30,746 nucleotides of DNA, taken from positions 1 through 30,746 of the forward strand of contig CAZMGQ010000003.1 in assembly GCA_964565855.1 (NCBI GenBank), in the 5' to 3' direction. The translations under genes and the position numbers were made by a program. Within the stretch, counting starts at the first letter, position 1, and each line of letters opens with the position of its first letter. Below the pieces are notes generated by a model. That model made no database searches, was not told the origin of the DNA, and saw only the letters and a list, made by a program, of their open reading frames with translations. Origin of the DNA: an uncultured Lentisphaerales bacterium. GTDB lineage: Bacteria > Verrucomicrobiota > Kiritimatiellia > RFP12 > JAZUKQ01. Of this stretch, positions 24,835 through 30,746 are shown in pieces.

Positions 24835-25653
24835 TTACACGTAAGCCTTCAGGCGACGGACGGCCTGTGCGATATCCCTGGCTCGCTGATCTCCCGCCTC
24901 ACGCTCAATCACAACTGCGCCATCGAAACCGGTATCGCGCAGCAGGTTGAGAAAGGCGAATGAGTTGACCTCACCATCGCCCCAGGGCACTTCCGCTCCC
25001 CATTCGCCGGGAGTCTCAGTCCGCACAGCATCCTTGATGTGGATCTGCCGCACCCAGGGTGCCAGGTCCTTATAAATCTCCAGCGGATTGTCCATGTTGT
25101 AGAGGATCATGTTGGCCGGATCAAAGTTCAGGAAAACGTGCGGATGATTGAGAGTTTCCAGAAACTTGCGCAAATCGGCGGCAGACTCCTGACCGGTCTC
25201 CAACAGGAGATCGAGTCCGTATTCAGCAGTTCGGTCGGCCAGATACCGGATCCTGTCATAAAACTTTTTGGTGGCTGCCACATCATTGTGATCCAGAAAG
25301 CCGGCATGGAGAGAAATATACTTTGACCCCAGTTCAGCGGTCAGTTTGGCGGCACGGGCAAAAGCCTCGCCGCTGGCAGGCCAGTGTTCGTCGGGCATGA
25401 TGCCGCCTGTCACCTGAATGCTCTTGAGGCTGGAGTAATCTTCGTATGCAAAGCCCATCATTCCAGAACAGATGGTCCAGCCCTGGCGACGGACAGCCTC
25501 CAGGTAGGCCTCGCCATCCGGTTCTAGTGCCGGGCCCAGCGCCAGGTGGACATGGTCCACGCCGATAGCCGCCAGCACGGAGCCCACCTCATCAATTTCT
25601 CTCTGAAAAGACCAACTGCAGACACCGATTGGCCAATTACCGCATTTTGCCAT
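24835..25653 (-). CDS. Sugar phosphate isomerase/epimerase (xylose-isomerase-like TIM barrel)
   Basis: LLLETGQE, LNFDPANMILY, QIHIKDA, GDGEVN and VVIERE metal-binding motif series. Confidence 0.88.
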   Translation of the reverse strand: MAKCGNWPIGVCSWSFQREIDEVGSVLAAIGVDHVHLALGPALEPDGEAYLEAVRRQGWTICSGMMGFAYEDYSSLKSIQVTGGIMPDEHWPASGEAFARAAKLTAELGSKYISLHAGFLDHNDVAATKKFYDRIRYLADRTAEYGLDLLLETGQESAADLRKFLETLNHPHVFLNFDPANMILYNMDNPLEIYKDLAPWVRQIHIKDAVRTETPGEWGAEVPWGDGEVNSFAFLNLLRDTGFDGAVVIEREAGDQRARDIAQAVRRLKAYV

Positions 25654-25681
25654 TTTGATTTTCCTTTCCTCAATTTACCAG

Positions 25682-26962
25682 TCAGTTCAACTTTTCGGCG
25701 ACGCTCCAGAGTCCGGCCGAAGGTGTGGAGATGTAGAAGACCTCTTCGCCGTCGGGCATAGTGTTGAAGCCGTTGCGCATTTTGGCCGGATCGTAACGCT
25801 GCAGAGTCTCGGCCAGATCGGCATAGCCGAAGCCCACGCTGCGGATTTCTTCGGCTGTCAGGTGACCAGGCGCATAGGTGATCTTGAAGCGTCCTTCGGA
25901 GGAGCCGTGGATCAGGTGGGCCGTGCCATGGGTCAGATCCTGCAGCACCGGTTCGCGCCGGTAGTGTTCCATGATCGCCGGTGTGCCGCTGTAGCCGAAC
26001 TGGCGGATCAGGGCATCGACATCGGGCTGTTCGCCGAAACGCCGCAGACCGGGGGCAATTATCAGCAGCTCGCCACCATCGGCCATGGCCATGCGCGTAC
26101 GATAGACGGCCTTGTTGGCAACCCAGGTGCTGTGAAACTCGTCGTCCTGCATGACGGCAACCACCTTTTTGAGTGGCTGCTCAACTATGGTGATGTTCTG
26201 ACGGCGCGAGGCTTCGGCGCCCCGGAGGTAGGTCTCAAGGTTGTCGCCGGCATAGAAACCGGTATGTCGCAGCTCTCCCTGCTCGTCGTAGGCCATAACG
26301 ACCTGCAGGTAGACATCGGGCAGGTGGCCGAGCAGCTCATCTTCGGCCTTGTTGTAACAGGCGCGCAGGGGTGTGATCAGACGTCCCAGATTGTTTTCGA
26401 TACCGTAGGTGGCCGCCATCATGTGTGAGGCACAGATCGTGTCTTTGCCACCGAGACCTATGAAGTAGTTCTTGTTGTGGTTGGCAAAGCCCAGCACCTC
26501 GTGCGGCACGATATGGCCGACGTTGATGATCAGGTCCCACTCCTCCTCCATCAGCATGCGGTTGAGAGCCACGGGGATGGGCCAGTCGGCAATGCCGCCC
26601 GAGATTTCTCTGACAAAGCTGGCGGGTACTTCGCCGAGCTTCACCACGCCGTCGCGCCAGTCGTGAGCGTGGATCCGTTCCTCCGGCACATCGCCGTACA
26701 TCCAGCGGTTCTGCTCCGGCGTGTGGGGTACATGCTGACCGAGGGTGGGGATCAGTTGCACATCGGCCGTTTTGGCAAACTCATGGTAGAGCGCGTTGGT
26801 GATCCAGCCGGATCCGCTGTGGGCGCGGGTGATATCAGGCGGCAGCAACAGGACGCGTCTGGGGTCGGCACAAATCCGCTGGCGGGCTTCGGCGGCCAAT
26901 TGCCGGGTCAGTTCGAGCATGCGTTTGCGATTCAAAAAACCTTCTTCAATAATCCAGGGCAT
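25682..26962 (-). CDS. Lactate-racemase (LarA)-domain protein, probable sugar-acid epimerase
   Basis: Start moved to MPWIIEEG (GAGG SD). LLPPDITR, TLGQH, HIVPHEVLGFANHNK and STWVANKAVYR motifs of LarA/DUF2088-like proteins. Confidence 0.8.
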   Translation of the reverse strand: MPWIIEEGFLNRKRMLELTRQLAAEARQRICADPRRVLLLPPDITRAHSGSGWITNALYHEFAKTADVQLIPTLGQHVPHTPEQNRWMYGDVPEERIHAHDWRDGVVKLGEVPASFVREISGGIADWPIPVALNRMLMEEEWDLIINVGHIVPHEVLGFANHNKNYFIGLGGKDTICASHMMAATYGIENNLGRLITPLRACYNKAEDELLGHLPDVYLQVVMAYDEQGELRHTGFYAGDNLETYLRGAEASRRQNITIVEQPLKKVVAVMQDDEFHSTWVANKAVYRTRMAMADGGELLIIAPGLRRFGEQPDVDALIRQFGYSGTPAIMEHYRREPVLQDLTHGTAHLIHGSSEGRFKITYAPGHLTAEEIRSVGFGYADLAETLQRYDPAKMRNGFNTMPDGEEVFYISTPSAGLWSVAEKLN

Positions 26963-27048
26963 GTTTCTACCTCTCGTAGGCGTGGGATGACATGATACGG
27001 GTGTTAATTGTGGCAGGTTCTGCCGGTCGGGGCAACTCAAAATGCCGG

Positions 27049-28200
27049 TCAGCCGCTGGCGGAAGTGATAATACAGTCCTCCTCTGAGTATGGACCGGCT
27101 GTTTTCGTAGCCAGGATGCCAACCTTGCCGGGACGCTGCCTGATACGCAGTCCCGTCAGCCGTATGTTGCGTGCATGCCCCTGCAGCAGAACTTCGGCCT
27201 CACCGTCGGTGGCACAGTTTTCTTCCAGCAGGCAGTTTTCGAAAACATGGTCGCTGGAGGCGTGGGTTGGCGGCACGTCCATGAAGGCGATACCACAGCC
27301 GCCATTGCGGCGGATGGTGAGGCGTCGGTTGATATGACGGTCGTCGCGGGCCCAGATGAAGATTCCGGGACCGCGGTTGTTCTCAAAAATCGAATCCTCC
27401 AGAATACTGTCACGGACTCTCAGACAGTAAAAGAGACCGGATTCATGGCAACCACGGGCTGCGCAACCGGCAATCCGGTAGCGATTTGAGCCGCTGCCGG
27501 GATGAAAACCATTGCCCAGGCAATCCTCGGCGACACAGTCGAGCAGTGTCATGTCGTCGCAGGTTTGAAACGAAAAGCCATCGCCATTGAAATCGCGCGC
27601 CACGATCCGGCGGGCGGTGATGCGATCGGCACGGAGCGCATAAAAAGCACTGCCGCGACAGCCGTTAATATGGCCATTTTGGGCCGAACTGCCATCAAGG
27701 ACCAGATCTTCGATGCCGGCGTCGGAGACATCCACCGCTTCGACAAGCGGGTGCAGGGTACTTACGCTGGCTGATTCATTGTAGTCCATGTTGTGGGTAC
27801 GGGAAAAAAACCAGGTGTCTCCCTCCCGCCGGGTCAGGGTTCCGGTGGTGTCAGAAAAACCGCCGGATTTGGGAGAGGAAATCAGGATGCCGTCGCCGAC
27901 TTTGAAGAGGTCGGGCTGATCGGTGATGATGTCGTTGTGACCAAAGCCGAGAATGCTGGCGACCTTTGCCCGGCGCATGGCAGTTTTGCGCAAAATGGTC
28001 TTCGGGCTGGTTCCCTGAACAGTCACGTTGTCGCGCAACTGCAGGGCATTATCCATCTGGAAAACTCCGGCTGAGACCCTGACAGTGCCACCTCCGAGTG
28101 TCGCGACATGATCGACGGCACTCTGCAAGTGTAATCGGGTAAAACCGCGTATATCACAATTGTCGTTTCCGACGGATATGATGGGTTGGCTGATTGTCAT
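27049..28200 (-). CDS. Right-handed parallel beta-helix (pectin-lyase-like) protein, no signal peptide
   Basis: Start moved to MTISQP. LQSAVD...GGGTVRVSAGVF, then repeats such as DFNGDGFSFQ, DCLGNGFHPGSG, NNRGPGIFI and RNGGCGIAF. Confidence 0.8.
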   Translation of the reverse strand: MTISQPIISVGNDNCDIRGFTRLHLQSAVDHVATLGGGTVRVSAGVFQMDNALQLRDNVTVQGTSPKTILRKTAMRRAKVASILGFGHNDIITDQPDLFKVGDGILISSPKSGGFSDTTGTLTRREGDTWFFSRTHNMDYNESASVSTLHPLVEAVDVSDAGIEDLVLDGSSAQNGHINGCRGSAFYALRADRITARRIVARDFNGDGFSFQTCDDMTLLDCVAEDCLGNGFHPGSGSNRYRIAGCAARGCHESGLFYCLRVRDSILEDSIFENNRGPGIFIWARDDRHINRRLTIRRNGGCGIAFMDVPPTHASSDHVFENCLLEENCATDGEAEVLLQGHARNIRLTGLRIRQRPGKVGILATKTAGPYSEEDCIITSASG

Positions 28201-28453
28201 TGTGTTTTCTCGTGGCAGACAGGGGTGGAAAGCTGGTCCAGCACATGGCAAAACCTGAGAGTACTACAATCAGACGACATCTGAGAAGACACAACCCAAA
28301 AACCCAAAACTGCGAGAGATTTTGCACACCTATGCGCAAGTCCTTGCAATTGCGGTTCGTGAGGACACTCACCCTCCATGAAATGTTCACCCGATGGTTG
28401 ATATTCAAAAATGGAGGGCTCATGGGGATATTTGCTCGAAAAATGACTTTTTA

Positions 28454-28482
28454 TTGACACCGTGCCGAGCTTCAATTACCTT
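28454..28482 (+). promoter_or_regulatory. Candidate sigma70 promoter for the glycine-rich secreted protein
   Basis: TTGACA-17 bp-TACCTT. Confidence 0.5.
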
Positions 28483-28623
28483 GGTGTTTACCAGTTTCCG
28501 GTCTGGATTGCAGTCGTTCTTGCTTATGCGGGTGCAGATCACACCTTGACACAGCGGCGAGGACCGTAAACAGAGTATGACGGTCGCACATATCAGTGTG
28601 CCAAATCACTAAGGGGGTTACCC

Positions 28624-30711
28624 ATGAATCAGACGTTTCTGTTTAAGTTTTCCAGAGCTGTTGTTTTGGCGACAGCCGTTCTGCTTGGCTTTTCTGCCCG
28701 GGCGGACGACTCTATTGTACCAATGGACACTTCGACGGCTTGGGTGAGTGCCCAGAGTGGCGACTGGGATGACTCTATGACCTGGAGTCCGGAGGGAGTT
28801 CCGGCCGCAGGCGACAGTGTCTCTATTCTCAAGGATCACAAGGTAACGGTTCTTACCCAGACCGAACGGGTCGCTGACCTGGAGGTCAAGGCCAAGGGCA
28901 CGCTCTCTTTTGACGGTTGGGACTCGCTGCTGCAGGCGGATACTGTGGCGATTTATGGCACGGTAACCCACGAGCCTAACACAGCGGACGAGCCTGACGA
29001 ATATGGCGAGTGGATTCCGAATGCCCGTGTCAATATCGACTGTGCATCGTTGATGGTTGCCGCCGGTGGCATAATCAATGTCAACCAGATGGGCTATGGT
29101 CCAGAGTCCGGCCCCGGCGGAAGCGACAATACTGGTGTTGGAGCTGGTTACGGAGACAATTCCTACTACGCAACCGCCACAAGAGGGCTTGCATACGGTT
29201 CATACCTCGAACCGGTTGATCCCGGCAGCGGTGGTACAGCGGGATCTGGTGGTGGAGCCGTACGGATAAACGCAACGGGTGCCGTAGTGGTGGAGGGAAT
29301 AATCACCTCCAATGGGGCCGGATCGCGCCATAATAGCTCCAGCAGTTCCGGCGGATCGGTTTATATAACTTGTGAAACCATTGCCGGCTCCGGCACGATC
29401 AGGGCCAACGGTGGTACCTATACGGGCAATCATCGCAATAATGCTGCAGGCGGTCGTATTGCCGTGATTTACGATGCAGAGGAGCAGAGCGAAATTGCAC
29501 TGCCAGACCTGATTTTGTCCGTGGCAGCGAATCCCAGGGGAATCGGGACGCTTTATACAACCGACAACCAGTTTATCACACGTGCAGGTGGCGAAATCAG
29601 GCACACCGGCCAGTGGATGACGCCGGGACTCACCGAATGGAGTCCGGACAGCATCACGGCACAGAATGTTTGGTTCAAGTTTGTCAACCCGGGGATGGTT
29701 CTCAACATACCCGATGATATCACCGTCACGGGCTCGAACTTTTATCAGCACAAGCTGGAGTTTGTCGATGCTATCATCGAATGTGGCGGGGATATAAACG
29801 TCAGCAAAGCATCTCTCGGTGTCTTACGCTCCGATACACCTGTCAGACCCTTTAACAAAGTGGCAGTTGCCGGCGACATCATCCTGCAAAACTCGGCGAC
29901 CATGAATTTCGAAGCAGGAGTAACCAATGCTGTCGCACCCGACAGCACTTTGTTTGTCGAGACGCAGAACCTGACACTGGGCGAAGGCTGCATCGTCTAT
30001 CCGGTGGCTGAACCGGTCACCGGAGGCACGGTCAAGTTCCGCGTGACTAATCTGATACTGGCCGACACGGCCTCGATCAACGCCTCGAATCGTGGTTTTG
30101 GCGGAGGCGTGGACGGTCAGGATGGTTATGGTCCGGGTGGCGGCATGGCCAAGACTGGAAATATATCTACAGGCGGCGGTCACCATGGTGGCCGGGCAGG
30201 GACCGGCGGCGACCGGACTTATGGACTGGCACACTATCCTTATCAGCCCGGTAGTGGTGGAGCCAGCCACGATATCGATGTAACCGGCTCCATGGGAGGC
30301 GGTGCTATCATTATCGAGGCCCGCCAGCTAGTGGATATCGGTGGTGGAAAATTGCTCGCTGATGGTGAGAGGGGCTATCACGGCTCTACCTATGCCGGTG
30401 GATCCGGTGGGTCAGTGCTCGTCTCCTGCCGCTCTTTCCACGGCTCCGAGGGTGCTGTTGTCAGCGCCGATGGAGGTAATGGCAGTGGTGGTGGCGGCGG
30501 TGGTGGCGGACGCATCGCCATCTGGGAAAAAGTGCAGCAGCCCTTTATCAGGTTTTCGCTCAGTGATGGCGAAGAGTTGGCGGAGCTGGAAAACTATGCC
30601 GGCAGCGTGAGTGTTGCGCCCGGCACCAGCACAAGTGGAGGAACTGCACATCCGGGCACCATCATGTTCCTCGCGAGCAAACCGACCCAGACGCTGATTA
30701 TTATCCAGTAA
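28624..30711 (+). CDS. Secreted glycine-rich repeat protein (G8-like N-terminus, two Gly-rich modules, C-terminal TLIIIQ)
   Basis: Signal peptide ending FSARA; SGDWDD..TWSPEGVPAAGDSVSI; duplicated PGSGG...GGG(A)(V/I).I...SGGS(V).....GG..GGRIA module. Confidence 0.8.
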   Translation: MNQTFLFKFSRAVVLATAVLLGFSARADDSIVPMDTSTAWVSAQSGDWDDSMTWSPEGVPAAGDSVSILKDHKVTVLTQTERVADLEVKAKGTLSFDGWDSLLQADTVAIYGTVTHEPNTADEPDEYGEWIPNARVNIDCASLMVAAGGIINVNQMGYGPESGPGGSDNTGVGAGYGDNSYYATATRGLAYGSYLEPVDPGSGGTAGSGGGAVRINATGAVVVEGIITSNGAGSRHNSSSSSGGSVYITCETIAGSGTIRANGGTYTGNHRNNAAGGRIAVIYDAEEQSEIALPDLILSVAANPRGIGTLYTTDNQFITRAGGEIRHTGQWMTPGLTEWSPDSITAQNVWFKFVNPGMVLNIPDDITVTGSNFYQHKLEFVDAIIECGGDINVSKASLGVLRSDTPVRPFNKVAVAGDIILQNSATMNFEAGVTNAVAPDSTLFVETQNLTLGEGCIVYPVAEPVTGGTVKFRVTNLILADTASINASNRGFGGGVDGQDGYGPGGGMAKTGNISTGGGHHGGRAGTGGDRTYGLAHYPYQPGSGGASHDIDVTGSMGGGAIIIEARQLVDIGGGKLLADGERGYHGSTYAGGSGGSVLVSCRSFHGSEGAVVSADGGNGSGGGGGGGGRIAIWEKVQQPFIRFSLSDGEELAELENYAGSVSVAPGTSTSGGTAHPGTIMFLASKPTQTLIIIQ

Positions 30712-30744
30712 GAGAAAAAGGGGGGGCAAGTGTTACCTTGCCCC
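30712..30744. terminator. Rho-independent terminator-like hairpin (U-tract on the minus strand; possibly bidirectional)
   Basis: GGGGCAAG-TGTTAC-CTTGCCCC, preceded on the + strand by GAAAAAG. Confidence 0.6.
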
Positions 30745-30746
30745 AG

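Noticed and set aside
28197-28475. 92-aa minus-strand ORF with two PHEP motifs
   Set aside because: No SD, atypical composition, overlaps promoter elements; probably non-coding.

Overview
Bacterial chromosomal window of about 30.7 kb, most likely from the PVC superphylum (Kiritimatiellia/Lentisphaeria/Verrucomicrobia-like). This taxonomy is inferred from a DUF1559-style prepilin-like gene, autotransporter-passenger-like secreted proteins and a clan GH-A hydrolase with a CBM9-like tail. Housekeeping genes: accA (partial), accD, metY, truB, LysM lipoprotein, TPR protein, glycerate kinase, membrane-anchored RRM protein, rpoD with a long basic N-terminal tail, purM, a type I phosphoribosyltransferase, murA and an ABC-F ATPase. 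Accessory block 1 (10.5-18.7 kb): prepilin-like gene divergent from ECF sigma / ZAS anti-sigma fused to a secreted passenger / large glycoside hydrolase, then a hicBA toxin-antitoxin pair. Accessory block 2 (23.8-30.7 kb): REP-like palindrome cluster, candidate small ORF, internally deleted tyrosine-phosphatase pseudogene, a beta-helix / LarA-like / sugar-isomerase operon and a glycine-rich secreted protein. Two main leads: (1) the anti-sigma gene contains an in-frame internal Shine-Dalgarno + ATG + signal peptide, so it may encode both a membrane anti-sigma and a free secreted protein; (2) two otherwise different secreted proteins both end in TLIII(N/Q)-stop, a candidate C-terminal sorting signal. 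No rRNA, tRNA, CRISPR array or intact transposase was recognised. All assignments come from manual motif reading; no database searches were run.
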